DNA from: Bdellovibrionota bacterium
GTDB taxonomy: Bacteria; Bdellovibrionota_C; UBA2361; OMII01
NCBI GenBank assembly: GCA_044345405.1
Contig: JBIJBE010000007.1
Span: forward strand, 37,813-101,812
Direction of reading: 5' to 3'
Length of the DNA stretch: 64,000 nt
Part shown: piece after piece, positions 29,072 through 39,511 of the stretch
How the letters are laid out: each line of letters begins with the position of its first letter
Numbering within the stretch: the stretch's first letter is position 1
The notes under the pieces: generated by a model
The model's input: only the letters and a program-made list of their open reading frames with translations
The model's database searches: none
What the model was told of the DNA's origin: nothing
Position numbers and translations under genes: made by a program

Positions 29072-29324
29072 AGGCGGCCTCCGATGTTGCGGCGACCGGA
29101 ATGTAACGAGCAACGCCGGGGACGACGTTAGCCCTATCCAACACCTAACAAGGGCTCTCTCCCGCCCTAATCGATACCTCTAAGGGCTGTAGGTTTCTGC
29201 TCGTTTGAGTCGAGATCTCTCCATTTCATCGCCTGGAATCCCCCAAGACTATGCACGTTTCCTTCCCTAAGGCTCTCGGAGTTCTACAATAGCGAGTTCA
29301 TAGACATCTCCGAAGTGTACGGTC

Positions 29325-30530
29325 ATGCCCAGCCACTATCGTCAACAACAGAACACTGACAGGCACCCTCGAGCAGAGGGCGCGCAGGTTTTTGCCCTAG
29401 TGGAAAAAGACAACCTCGATCGACTCATCTCGATCAAATCCGCGGAGAAAGGAGGTACCTACTACCACCTCTTTACAGGCGAGGCAGTATATCCACGACT
29501 GGGACACCGTACTTGTCCCAGCTTTGTGCGAAAGCCAGATAAGCACGACAACGGATTCGGCCCCCCTCTCCACGAAGAGCGTTCCGGCGGAGAGGGAATC
29601 GCCCATGCTTTCACGAAACTCGATATTATCAGACAGAAGGGTCTCTTTGTCATGATTGGTAGGGAGCGACGTCACCTCCAACTTGGCAACGTTCGCGCCG
29701 AGGCTCGATTGTCACCGCCGCACGCCATGTTGCGCGTTGATCTCTCCGCGTCGATTGAGCATCCGAGCGATTTAAAGAAACGATTTAATGGCCATGTTAA
29801 TATCGAAATTATTTGCACCAATCATCCGGGACCGACAAAGCTTGAGGCGCTCAAGTCTACCGACCACGGGCTCGTGATCATCTCGATGCTGCCATGGGTG
29901 AGGGATCAAATTGAGCAACAATATCAAGATTTCCTGAAACACGACCGACCAAACGAACGCGAGCTATTCGCGAACTGGACACGCATGGTGAGATGGGCCC
30001 TCAGCAAAAAGAACATCGCGGTTGTACGCCATATTCCAGGAGAGGGAGACCCCGCGGAAATCACCATTGCGCCGCGCATTTCCACCACTCCATCGCCTCA
30101 ACCAGCCAGATCGCTCTCTGAACTGAGGATGCCGCGGCCCCAAACCGCAGACATTGTGGTCCCCTCTGTGAGCGCTTCCTCGTCGCACCCCCTATCCATC
30201 CCTCACGGCGAGGAGAAGAAGGCTCTTTCAGGCGCTCAGACAACGGAGCAAACGCCAACCACCTACCTTAATCTCGCAACGACCCCACCGCCAACGGTTC
30301 AAGCGTCATCCGATACAGAACCCCAGGGAGCACTCTCTCGCCGTTCTACGAGTGAGGGTGCAACCAACAAAGCCACACCACCTATAGTTGAGAAGACAAC
30401 TTCACTCTCCTCGGTTGTCGTCGAGAGGCCTCAACCCGATAAGCCACCGTCACCGCCGCAGGCGCCGGCTCATGACAAACCGAGCCAAAGCCTATGGAGG
30501 CGTTTCTGGAACGCGGTGTTCGGTACGTAA
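29325..30530 (+). CDS. Hypothetical protein with Pro/Thr/Ser-rich tail and terminal amphipathic helix
   Basis: 401-aa ORF; globular N-half, low-complexity C-half, ends SLWRRFWNAVFGT. Confidence 0.65.
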   Translation: MPSHYRQQQNTDRHPRAEGAQVFALVEKDNLDRLISIKSAEKGGTYYHLFTGEAVYPRLGHRTCPSFVRKPDKHDNGFGPPLHEERSGGEGIAHAFTKLDIIRQKGLFVMIGRERRHLQLGNVRAEARLSPPHAMLRVDLSASIEHPSDLKKRFNGHVNIEIICTNHPGPTKLEALKSTDHGLVIISMLPWVRDQIEQQYQDFLKHDRPNERELFANWTRMVRWALSKKNIAVVRHIPGEGDPAEITIAPRISTTPSPQPARSLSELRMPRPQTADIVVPSVSASSSHPLSIPHGEEKKALSGAQTTEQTPTTYLNLATTPPPTVQASSDTEPQGALSRRSTSEGATNKATPPIVEKTTSLSSVVVERPQPDKPPSPPQAPAHDKPSQSLWRRFWNAVFGT

Positions 30531-30550
30531 TTCCCCTGGACGTTATACGT

Positions 30551-30812
30551 CAAGGCTCAGCCGCTCACCTACTGCACGGATACGGGAGGGGGTCGGCTTG
30601 TCCCTCGTAGCGCAGCGAAATGGGATGCTAAACGCCGCGTTACGTGACGCAAAAATCGGATCAAGATACGCAAGGTTTCGGCGACCAGGCTTGTCCCCCA
30701 TAGCTTTAGCAACGGGGGGAATGGTAGCCCTCCCACGGTGCGACATACGGGAGAGCGGTCAGCTTGTCCCTCGTAGCGGAGCGAAGTGGGATCCCCGACC
30801 GCCGCGTTACGC
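30551..30812. repeat. BIME-like cluster of REP-like palindromes carrying three ~30-bp modules (30596, 30689, 30762)
   Basis: Direct repeat ATACGGGAG...GCTTGTCCCTCGTAGCG.AGCGAA.TGGGAT...CGCCGCGTTACG at about 30580 and 30745; inverted partner GGCGACCA[module]TGGTAGCCCTCCC. Confidence 0.8.
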
Positions 30813-30813
30813 C

Positions 30814-32232
30814 CTACTCCCACTCCGTATGGAACGAACCCGCCTTATCCGTACGCTCATAGGTATGAGCGCCGAAGAAGTCACGCTGCGCTTGCGTGAG
30901 GTTCTGCGGAAGTGACGCGGTGCGGAAGCTGTCGAAGTAGCCAAGCGAGGCCGCGAAGCCCAGAACAGGAACGCCACGACTTACCGCGGTGCCGACTACC
31001 TTTCTCAGGTTAGGCACACAACGGGTCACCTCTGCCTTCATGAAGGAATCAATCAAGAGGTTCGACGGAGCTGGAGTGGACGCGAACGCGCGGCGAATTT
31101 CATCAAGGAACTTAGCGCGAATGATGCAACCACCCTTCCACATAGCCGCGATCTCGTGAAGCTTGAGATCCCAATTCCACTGCTTCGAGGCAGCGGCGAT
31201 AAGGTTCATGCCCTGTGCGTATGACATAATTTTCGAAGCGTACAAGGCGTCGTGAACCGCGGTGATAAACTCCTCACGATTACCGGTGAAGTCCTCAACA
31301 GACGGCCCCTTGAATTCCTTGGAAGCCTTCACTCGCTCATCCTTCATACTGCTCAAGGTACGAGCATCTACGGCGGAGGAGATAGTTGGGATCGAGATAC
31401 CGAGGTCGAGCGCGACCTGCGCCGTCCAGGTACCGGTTCCCTTCTGACCAGCCTTATCGAGGATCTTATCAACAAGCGCTCCGGCGCCCTCTGGATCCTT
31501 CTTCGCGAATATCTTGGCCGTAATCTCGATGAGATACGAGGAGAGAACGCCACCGTTCCACTTGCTAAATATCGACGCGAGTTCTTCCGGCTGACATCCA
31601 ACAACGTTACGAAGGATATCATACGCCTCAGCGATAAGTTGCATGTCGCCGTATTCAATCCCGTTATGAACCATCTTCACGAAGTGACCGGCACCATCTG
31701 GACCAACATAGTTGGTGCACGCGCCATCAGCTTGCGCGGCTATCTTCTCAAGAAGTGGCGCTACGATCTTCCACGCGTCACGGGGTCCACCTGGCATAAG
31801 GCTTGGTCCCTTCAGCGCGCCCTCCTCTCCACCAGAGATACCGATGCCGAGGAAGTTGAGCCCCATATCCTGAAGCTTATGTTCACGGCGAATCGTGTCC
31901 TTGAAGTACGCGTTACCACCATCGATAACGATGTCGCCCTTGTCGAGCAGTGGCGCGAGCTGATCGATAACGGCGTCCGTTCCAGCTCCAGCCTTAACCA
32001 TGATGAAGATCTGACGAGGAGCCTTCATGCTCTTCACGAATTCCTCCATCGTGTAAGAAGCCACAAAGCCCGCTGGCTTTCCATCACGAGTTCCGAACTT
32101 AGCCATGAACTCTTTGGTAACTTCGCCGGTGCGATTGTAGACAGCCACGGGGAACCCTCTGCTCTCGATGTTACGAGCCAAATTAGATCCCATCACTGCT
32201 AGACCGATCATTCCAACACTTGGTTGCGACAT
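30814..32232 (-). CDS. gnd: 6-phosphogluconate dehydrogenase (NADP, decarboxylating)
   Basis: GLAVMG, YNRT, IDGGN, SGGEEGA, GHFVKMVHNGIEY, QKGTG, QAQRDFFGAHTY. Confidence 0.98.
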   Translation of the reverse strand: MSQPSVGMIGLAVMGSNLARNIESRGFPVAVYNRTGEVTKEFMAKFGTRDGKPAGFVASYTMEEFVKSMKAPRQIFIMVKAGAGTDAVIDQLAPLLDKGDIVIDGGNAYFKDTIRREHKLQDMGLNFLGIGISGGEEGALKGPSLMPGGPRDAWKIVAPLLEKIAAQADGACTNYVGPDGAGHFVKMVHNGIEYGDMQLIAEAYDILRNVVGCQPEELASIFSKWNGGVLSSYLIEITAKIFAKKDPEGAGALVDKILDKAGQKGTGTWTAQVALDLGISIPTISSAVDARTLSSMKDERVKASKEFKGPSVEDFTGNREEFITAVHDALYASKIMSYAQGMNLIAAASKQWNWDLKLHEIAAMWKGGCIIRAKFLDEIRRAFASTPAPSNLLIDSFMKAEVTRCVPNLRKVVGTAVSRGVPVLGFAASLGYFDSFRTASLPQNLTQAQRDFFGAHTYERTDKAGSFHTEWE

Positions 32233-32418
32233 ACTTCTTCCTCAGTAGTAAACTGGCACACCCCCTCAACGATCGCCTATCGTCAGACAGACGGGAGAGC
32301 GAAGGACGAATCCTCTCTGCGCGACATTATTAAACCAGCGCGGGCGGTAGATGCCTCGCGGGCTAGCGAACAACGCGGCGGGTGGCGTAATTTTCAAGAA
32401 GGACAATAGGATAAATGA

Positions 32419-33204
32419 TCAATCAGATCTACTGTTCAAACGGTCTCTCAGCGAGGAAACCGTGACTTGGTCCCCCCCCCGGTCAACCTGAAAAACCGTT
32501 CCGTCGACCAATTCCACGGCGGAAAGAAGGTTGCCATAGACCAGTCCGGTATCGATCCCGATTTTGTAGGGCATGTGAAGCATCACATCCGCGAAAGGGG
32601 TATGGCCAAAAACCACTGTTTTCCCCACGTTATGCTCAACGGGGATGAAATCGCCTCGAATCCACATGAGGTCATGCGGCTTTTGCTCCTGCAATCCCAA
32701 AGCGGGATTGATGCCCGCATGCACGAAGAGAAACTCCCCTATTGAGACCCCGAGCTCAAGGGATGTTAAGAACTGGAGATGGGCGGGGGGGAGGCTCTTC
32801 GCGACCTCCGAGAGCGGCCCTGTAGGCTCGATACCGTAACTCTTGAAGAATTCGGCCCCGCCGTTAATCAGGTACACCTCCGCCGAGCTCCCGCCCATAC
32901 CGAGAAAGCCGAGCAGCATGTCTTCGTGGTTACCTTTCAGAAAAATGGTCTTGGGAAACTCCGCTTTCCACGCCAGGAGGGTGTCAATGACCCCTTTGGA
33001 ATCCGGCCCCCGATCGACGTAGTCACCGATGAACACGAATTGATCGGCTTTGGTCGCGTGATGCCGCGAGCGAAGAGCGTCAAGCAAGATATTCAGCTCC
33101 GAGTTGCATCCATGGATGTCACCGAACGCGAAGACGCGCGGTGACCGCTCCGTCACCACCCGAATCTCCGCAACGTCGGAGGCTTTTGCTTTCTTATTTC
33201 TCAT
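32419..33204 (-). CDS. PPP-family metallophosphoesterase (Ser/Thr protein phosphatase-like)
   Basis: [34 protein letters not shown]; start overlaps the lepA stop. Confidence 0.92.
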   Translation of the reverse strand: MRNKKAKASDVAEIRVVTERSPRVFAFGDIHGCNSELNILLDALRSRHHATKADQFVFIGDYVDRGPDSKGVIDTLLAWKAEFPKTIFLKGNHEDMLLGFLGMGGSSAEVYLINGGAEFFKSYGIEPTGPLSEVAKSLPPAHLQFLTSLELGVSIGEFLFVHAGINPALGLQEQKPHDLMWIRGDFIPVEHNVGKTVVFGHTPFADVMLHMPYKIGIDTGLVYGNLLSAVELVDGTVFQVDRGGDQVTVSSLRDRLNSRSD

Positions 33205-35005
33205 CCCCTAGCTTCAATACGGCGAGGAAGGCTTCTTGAGGTATCGAAACTTTACCGATCTGTTTCATCCGTTTCTTACCCTCTTTTTGCTTCTCGAGTA
33301 GCTTCCTCTTTCGAGAAATGTCACCACCGTAGCACTTCGCTGTCACGTTTTTACGCAACGCCTTCACCGTACTGCGGGCGATAACCTTCGCGCCGATGCA
33401 AGCCTGAATAGCGATCTCGAACATCTGTCGGTCGATCAGCTCTTTCAGCTTCTCCGACAACTCTCGTCCTCGGAAAAAGGCCTTGCTTCGATGCACAATG
33501 ATACCTAGGGCATCGACCGGATCTCCATTCAACTTGATGTCCAGGCGTACAAGGTCCGCCTCAGAGTATCCAACGATCTCGTAATCAAAGGAGGCGTAGC
33601 CTTTTGTCATGGACTTAAGTCGATCGTGGAAGTCTAACACAATTTCATTTAGGGGAAGTTCGTACTGGATAACAGCCCGCTCCATTCCGTGGAAAGAGAT
33701 GTCCTTCTGAACCCCTCGTCGCTCCTCACAGAGCTTCAGCACGTTTCCGACGTACTCCTTGGGGCAGTGAATCGTCGCCAACACGATCGGCTCTTCGATT
33801 CGCTGAATCTCAACCACCTCTGGCATCTTCGTAGGATTATCGACATCCAGCACCGTGCCGTTGTTGAGCACTATCTTGTACACTACCGAGGGGGCGGTCG
33901 TGATGAGATTTAACTCGAACTCGCGCTCAAGACGCTCTTGAACGATCTCCATGTGCAGGAGCCCGAGATATCCGCACCGATATCCGAAACCAAGCGCCGC
34001 TGATGTCTCTGGCTCAAAGGTGAACGCGCTATCGTTGAGACTTAGTTTCTCAAGCGCGCTCTTCAAGTTGCCGTAATCATCGGCGTCGACTGGGAAGAGA
34101 CCGCCGAATACCATCGGTCGAACCTCTTTGAATCCTGGGAGTGGCTCAACCCCCTCCTCTTTCGCGTGCGTTACCGTGTCTCCGATGCGCACATCTTTGA
34201 GGTTCTTAATAGCGGCGGAGAAGTATCCCACCTGACCACTCTCAAGCTCGGAAACCTCCTGAGCGTGAGGCGTAAACACACCGAGCTTGTACACGTCGTA
34301 CTCAGTGTCGGTTGAGAGGAACTTAATCTTATCTCCGGCCTTCAATCGACCATCGATGATTCGCGCCTGCACCACTACACCAACGTAGGGATCGAACCAG
34401 GAGTCATACACGAGCGCGCGAAGGGGATTATCAATCGAGCCTCGCTTCGGAGGAGGCACTCGCTTGACGATCGCCTCCAAGAGTTCCTGAATACCGATGC
34501 CGGTCTTCGCGCTGATGAGGAGCGAATCGGAGGTATCAAGCCCGATAACCGACTCAACCTCCTCCTTTACCCGATCCGGATTAGCGTTCGGGAGGTCGAT
34601 CTTGTTGATGACGGGAATAATCTCAAGGTCGTTCTCTATCGCGAGGTACACGTTCGCGAGGGTCTGCGCCTCAACACCTTGCGACGCGTCAACCACAAGG
34701 AGCGCCCCCTCACAAGCGGAGAGACTCTTTGAAACTTCATAGTTGAAATCCACGTGGCCCGGTGTGTCGATCAGATTGAGCTGATAAGTCTCTCCATCTT
34801 GAGCCTTGTAGGTCAAACGAACGGTCTGCGCTTTAATCGTGATACCTCGCTCACGCTCAAGGTCGAGCTTGTCGAGGAACTGCGCCTGCATCTCACGAGC
34901 CTGGAGCGCGCCGGTAGCCTCAAGGATTCGATCGGCGAGCGTGGACTTACCGTGGTCGATGTGAGCGATGATACTGAAGTTTCGGATTTTGTCTCTTGGC
35001 GTCAC
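33194..35005 (-). CDS. lepA: Elongation factor 4 (LepA)
   Basis: [62 protein letters not shown]. Confidence 0.99.
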   Translation of the reverse strand: MTPRDKIRNFSIIAHIDHGKSTLADRILEATGALQAREMQAQFLDKLDLERERGITIKAQTVRLTYKAQDGETYQLNLIDTPGHVDFNYEVSKSLSACEGALLVVDASQGVEAQTLANVYLAIENDLEIIPVINKIDLPNANPDRVKEEVESVIGLDTSDSLLISAKTGIGIQELLEAIVKRVPPPKRGSIDNPLRALVYDSWFDPYVGVVVQARIIDGRLKAGDKIKFLSTDTEYDVYKLGVFTPHAQEVSELESGQVGYFSAAIKNLKDVRIGDTVTHAKEEGVEPLPGFKEVRPMVFGGLFPVDADDYGNLKSALEKLSLNDSAFTFEPETSAALGFGYRCGYLGLLHMEIVQERLEREFELNLITTAPSVVYKIVLNNGTVLDVDNPTKMPEVVEIQRIEEPIVLATIHCPKEYVGNVLKLCEERRGVQKDISFHGMERAVIQYELPLNEIVLDFHDRLKSMTKGYASFDYEIVGYSEADLVRLDIKLNGDPVDALGIIVHRSKAFFRGRELSEKLKELIDRQMFEIAIQACIGAKVIARSTVKALRKNVTAKCYGGDISRKRKLLEKQKEGKKRMKQIGKVSIPQEAFLAVLKLGDEK

Positions 35006-35036
35006 GATTCTGTACTACTTTTTAAAAAAGGCGCCT

Positions 35037-35987
35037 CTAGCGTGGCTCTTCGCCACTACGCAAGCGTTCCTCGAAATCAGCTATGGTTTTCTTGAGTCCG
35101 TTGTCGAGATCGACGGTAGGCGTCCATCCCAACTCCTTCTTTGCGAGAGAGATATCCGGCTGCCGACGTGTCGGATCGTCTTTTGGAAGGGGCTTATGAA
35201 CTATCTTTGAGCGAGAACCGGTCAACGAGATGACGCGTTCGGCGAGCGCCTTGATCGTCATCTCATTCGGGTTACCGAGGTTAACGGGGCCATGGAAATT
35301 GTCTTTGTTCATCATCGCCACGAACGCCGCGACGAGATCATCAACGTAGCAGAACGAGCGGGTCTGATCCCCCTCGCCGTACACCGTAATATCCTGGCCC
35401 TTAAGCGCTTGTACGATAAAGTTCGACACCACACGTCCATCGTTGAAGAGCATACGAGGTCCGTAGGTGTTGAATATTCGGACAATACGAGTGTCCACGT
35501 GCCCCTGGTCTTGGTAGCTCATCGTCAAGGTCTCAGCGACACGCTTCCCCTCATCGTAACAGCTACGGGGACCAACCGGATTCACGTTCCCCCAGTACGA
35601 TTCCTTCTGAGGATGCTCAAGGGGGTCTCCGTATACCTCGGAGGTGGAGGCAAGAAGGAACCGCGCCCGGGTGCGCTTCGCGACCCCGAGCATGTTGATC
35701 GTTCCAGTTACATTGGTCTTGATAGTTTTGATCGGATTGTACTGGTAGTGCACTGGAGAGGCAGGGCACGCGAGATGGTAGAGCTGGTCACACTCCAACA
35801 GAATTGGCTCCGTAACATCGTGTCGAATGAACTCGAAGTTCGGATTCGACACCATGTGGCGCATGTTTCTCTTGGTGCCGGTGAAGAGGTTATCAACCGC
35901 CATCACCTCGTGTCCTTGGCCGAGCAGCACATCACAGAGATGTGATCCGATAAATCCCGCTCCACCACTTACTACCACTCGCGCCAT
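35037..35987 (-). CDS. uxs: UDP-glucuronate decarboxylase (UDP-xylose synthase)
   Basis: [60 protein letters not shown]. Confidence 0.95.
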   Translation of the reverse strand: MARVVVSGGAGFIGSHLCDVLLGQGHEVMAVDNLFTGTKRNMRHMVSNPNFEFIRHDVTEPILLECDQLYHLACPASPVHYQYNPIKTIKTNVTGTINMLGVAKRTRARFLLASTSEVYGDPLEHPQKESYWGNVNPVGPRSCYDEGKRVAETLTMSYQDQGHVDTRIVRIFNTYGPRMLFNDGRVVSNFIVQALKGQDITVYGEGDQTRSFCYVDDLVAAFVAMMNKDNFHGPVNLGNPNEMTIKALAERVISLTGSRSKIVHKPLPKDDPTRRQPDISLAKKELGWTPTVDLDNGLKKTIADFEERLRSGEEPR

Positions 35988-36019
35988 ATCTGCCTTTCCT
36001 TACGTCTCAATCCAAAGCT

Positions 36020-37342
36020 CTACCACGTTAACGCGGGTCGCCCCACGCTATAGTAAGTAAACCCGTGAGCTCGCATGTCCGCAACGTCGTAAATGTTACG
36101 CCCGTCGAAAATCACTGGGGACACAAGCTCAGACTTAATCTTCTTAAAGTTCGGCTGTCGAAACGCGTTCCACTCCGTACAGATAACCAGCGCGTCAGCT
36201 CCCTTCAGCGCGTCGTAGTTGCTTTCAACGTATTCAACGTTAGAGTGGTCCCCAAACTTTTCCTTGAAAGTGCCGTTGGCCTCAGGGTCATACGCTTTGA
36301 CGTACGCCCCGAGCTTCACGAGCTCTGAACAGATTGCGAGCGCTGGAGCCTCACGAACGTCGTCCGTTTTCGGTTTGAACGCCAATCCCCACAGGGCGAA
36401 GGTCTTGCCTCGAAGCTTACTCTCCCCAAAGTGCTCAACGATCTTTGATACCATGAGCTTCTTCTGGTTCTTGTTTACCTCCTCAACGGATCTGGAGATC
36501 AGAAGGTCGACGCCGTGATCCTTTCCAGTTCGGATGAGCGCCTGCACGTCTTTTGGGAAACAGGAGCCGCCGTATCCGATTCCAGGGAAGATGAAGCTCA
36601 TACCGATTCGGGAGTCGGTTCCGATACCAACGCGAACCTTGCTGATGTCCGCTCCCGCGCGCTCACAGAGGTTCGCGATCTCGTTCATAAACGACACGCG
36701 AAGAGCCAACATCGCGTTCGCCGCGTACTTAGTCATCTCCGCGGAGCGGATATCCATGACCAGGATCGGATTGTTGGTTCGAACGAAGGGGGCGTACAGC
36801 TCCCGCATAACCGCCGCCGCCTTTTCACTCGCGACTCCCACAACAACACGGTCTGGGCGGAGGAAATCATCGATAGCCGCGCCCTCTTTCAAGAACTCCG
36901 GATTGCTTACCACTTCAACGGGAAACTTGGAGGTCTTCTCGATCTCAAGCTTCACGAGGTCCGCCGTGCCGACAGGTACCGTCGACTTATCGACCACAAT
37001 CTTTGGGCCGTTCATGTTTTCACCGATGGCTCGCGCGACCGCGAGAACGTGGGTGAGATCCGCGGAGCCGTCCTCGTCTTGAGGAGTTCCGACCGCGATG
37101 AAGATAATATCAGATGCCTGAACCGCGTCCTTTATTGATGTCGTAAAGGAGAGACGCTTCGCTTTCGTGTTGGCCTTGACGAGATCCTCAAGGCCCGGCT
37201 CAAAGATCGGAACCTGTCCGGAGATAAGCGCGTCGACCTTCTTTTGGTTGATATCCACGCAGATCACGTCGTTGCCAGTCTCCGCGAAACAAGCTCCTGC
37301 CACCAACCCAACGTATCCCGTACCGACAACCGCGATGTTCAT
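36020..37342 (-). CDS. ugd: UDP-glucose 6-dehydrogenase
   Basis: GTGYVGL, IAVGTP, KSTVPVGT, SNPEFLKEG, GYGGSCFPKD, GLAFKPKTDDVRE; GAGGAG RBS before ATG 37342. Confidence 0.96.
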   Translation of the reverse strand: MNIAVVGTGYVGLVAGACFAETGNDVICVDINQKKVDALISGQVPIFEPGLEDLVKANTKAKRLSFTTSIKDAVQASDIIFIAVGTPQDEDGSADLTHVLAVARAIGENMNGPKIVVDKSTVPVGTADLVKLEIEKTSKFPVEVVSNPEFLKEGAAIDDFLRPDRVVVGVASEKAAAVMRELYAPFVRTNNPILVMDIRSAEMTKYAANAMLALRVSFMNEIANLCERAGADISKVRVGIGTDSRIGMSFIFPGIGYGGSCFPKDVQALIRTGKDHGVDLLISRSVEEVNKNQKKLMVSKIVEHFGESKLRGKTFALWGLAFKPKTDDVREAPALAICSELVKLGAYVKAYDPEANGTFKEKFGDHSNVEYVESNYDALKGADALVICTEWNAFRQPNFKKIKSELVSPVIFDGRNIYDVADMRAHGFTYYSVGRPALTW

Positions 37343-37624
37343 TCGTAATTCTCCTCTTATATAGGTGCGTAAGGAAGGACCCGCGTTCACACAAACGCTC
37401 CGTGCGCTTTCCCCAGCACGATTCGAGAACGAGAGTAATCACAAACGGCCTCAAGCGGTACGTGACGCCCCTTCTACTGCGCACACGTCGGCATCTCTAA
37501 ACTCTCAAATCACCTCAGGTTATAGCCGAACGCCCTAGAGAGATCAAAGGGTTGAACCCTTCGTGGTTTCAGCTAGCTAGGAGAGGACACCTGCGAAACC
37601 TGTATCATCGAGGAGGTGCAGTCA

Positions 37625-37790
37625 TACGGCCCGCCAGGAGTCGGGCCCTACCGCTCCTTGCCCAGGTAGGGCCCGCAGCCTGTCGCGCCGTAGCTTTAGC
37701 GAAGGCGGAGCCTCGCGGGCCGTATCGTTGGCCTATCGACGAATCCTTGATACCTCGTTGGGTGATACGGCCCGCCCAGAGTCGGACCGT
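37625..37790. repeat. Cluster of GTAG-type REP-like palindromes, one containing the ~30-bp module (37678-37709)
   Basis: TACGGCCCGCCAGGAGTCGGGCCCTAC; GTAGGGCCCGC[module]CTCGCGGGCCGTA; TACGGCCCGCCCAGAGTCGGACCG. Confidence 0.75.
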
Positions 37791-37863
37791 TCGGATCGTT
37801 GCGCATGTTTCGCGCCATCAACTCTCCCTACCCTCCCTCACTAAGTTGTGCTACCTAGCGCCC

Positions 37864-39054
37864 ATGGCTACAAAGAACCTCACCTCCCTCAAAGGAGTAT
37901 TCTCATCAGGCATCGCCGCGAAGATCAAAGCAAACGGCAAAAACGACCTCGCCTTCATCTTCGTACCGAACGCTTACGGCAGCGCTGGCGTGTTCACCCG
38001 CAGCGCCTTCGCCGCGCCTCCGCTGATCTATACAAAACAGGCGATGAAGCGAGGTACGTTGAAGGCGCTGATCGTGAATTCAGGATGCGCGAACGCGGCC
38101 ACAGGGGCGGCGGGAATGCGGGACGCCAAGAGAACTGCTCAGATGGCGGCGAAGCACCTCGGCATTAAGCCTCAGGAGATTGCACTTGCGTCCACTGGGA
38201 TTATTGGAAAACTCCTCCCGATGGATAAGATAGAGGCCGGTCTCGCAAAGCTCTTGGCAAATCCACAGGCGCGTAACGGTGACGCTACCGCGAAAGCGAT
38301 CATGACCACCGACCTCACCCAGAAAGAGGTCTACGTTTCCGCGACGATCAATGGACAACGCGTTACCGTAGCGGGATGCGCAAAAGGTTCCGGCATGATC
38401 GCCCCAAATATGGCGACGATGCTGGGCTTTCTCGTTACAGACGCTAAGGTCGACTCAAAAACCCTCCAAACAGCTCTGACAAGCGCGGTCAACAACTCGT
38501 TCAATATGACCTCGGTCGATACCGACACCTCAACGAACGACACGGTGCTCGTATTTTCCACGGGCGAGAAGGGACGAAAGGTCTCCTCGGGATCTGATAA
38601 GAAAGCGTTTGCGAATTTACTGACGTTAGCGTGTCAGTCCCTCGCGAAGCAGATAGCGGCCGATGGCGAGGGAGCGACCAAGTTGATTGAGGTGGAGGTG
38701 CTGGGGGCGAGAACGGAGAACGAGGCTCGCAAAGTAGCGATGAACGTCATCAACTCCCCGCTCGTCAAAACCGCTATTCACGGCGCGGATCCAAACTGGG
38801 GCCGCGTTCTCGCGGCCGCGGGAAAAGATCCCTCTCTCAAAGTTGATCCGTCGCGTGTAGACCTAACCTTCGCCGGAGCGCCGGTGATGCGCCGGGGAAA
38901 AATAGTCGCGCACGACCGAGACAAGATCCGAAAACTGATGTCAGTGCGAGACGTTCCTATCCAGCTCAACCTCAATGTCGGCAAGGGAACGGCTCGAGCG
39001 TGGGGATGCGACCTGACGCACGGGTACGTCGACATCAACGTCAGCTACAATTAG
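37864..39054 (+). CDS. argJ: Glutamate N-acetyltransferase / ornithine acetyltransferase
   Basis: AGVFT, NSGCANA, ASTGIIG, AIMTTD, KGSGMIAPNMATML, DTSTND, ADGEGATK, WGCDLT; real start at ATG 37864. Confidence 0.97.
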   Translation: MATKNLTSLKGVFSSGIAAKIKANGKNDLAFIFVPNAYGSAGVFTRSAFAAPPLIYTKQAMKRGTLKALIVNSGCANAATGAAGMRDAKRTAQMAAKHLGIKPQEIALASTGIIGKLLPMDKIEAGLAKLLANPQARNGDATAKAIMTTDLTQKEVYVSATINGQRVTVAGCAKGSGMIAPNMATMLGFLVTDAKVDSKTLQTALTSAVNNSFNMTSVDTDTSTNDTVLVFSTGEKGRKVSSGSDKKAFANLLTLACQSLAKQIAADGEGATKLIEVEVLGARTENEARKVAMNVINSPLVKTAIHGADPNWGRVLAAAGKDPSLKVDPSRVDLTFAGAPVMRRGKIVAHDRDKIRKLMSVRDVPIQLNLNVGKGTARAWGCDLTHGYVDINVSYN

Positions 39055-39060
39055 GGAATT

Positions 39061-39393
39061 GTGACTGAGATCGATTGGCACAAAGTTCACACGGCCCGTC
39101 TCGCTGCCTGTTGCCAGCGAGCGGCGGCGGATCTGAATCTCTCGATCACAAGCCCATTTATCCTGAACGAAGGGGAGCCTCATGAACATCGATTTGTGGC
39201 CCTATTTCCCCGAATCGGCCAACACAACGGTATCGTGGTATGCCTCGCGTCTGACTGGGAACGCTTGAGTGAGGTAGCGCACGGTCACGGATATACGTGC
39301 GTCGGCGTCCTTCCCGAGAGCTGCGCGTCCTACGATCCCGCTCGGTGGGCCACCTTTATTAAGGAGTGGGACGCCCCTCAGGCTGATGCGTAA
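39061..39393 (+). CDS. Hypothetical protein
   Basis: GTG 6 bp after the argJ stop with AGGGA RBS; no known motif recognised. Confidence 0.6.
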   Translation: MTEIDWHKVHTARLAACCQRAAADLNLSITSPFILNEGEPHEHRFVALFPRIGQHNGIVVCLASDWERLSEVAHGHGYTCVGVLPESCASYDPARWATFIKEWDAPQADA

Positions 39394-39511
39394 GGAATAT
39401 ATCTAGCGCCCCCGCTTAAAAATAATTATACCCCTACTGAGGAGTCCGTTTCCGGTTCTCCTCGGCACCCCACGAGCGCGCGAGCGCCGGGCTTTTTTGA
39501 CAGGACTCCCT

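Noticed and set aside
30551-30812. Three ~30-bp repeats as a mini-CRISPR
   Set aside because: Irregular spacing, degenerate copies, repeated and palindromic flanks, and dispersed copies elsewhere fit REP-like elements better.
31252-32202. 316-aa ORF antisense to gnd
   Set aside because: Shadow frame of a conserved gene with strong codon bias; no motifs of its own.
37511-37602. Hammerhead ribozyme or tRNA
   Set aside because: CGAAAC and a pairing CAGGT are present but the CUGANGA core is not; GGTTCAACC on the minus strand lacks a cloverleaf.
37552-37863. 104-aa N-terminal extension of ArgJ in the ORF track
   Set aside because: It reads through the REP cluster; ArgJ similarity begins at ATG 37864.
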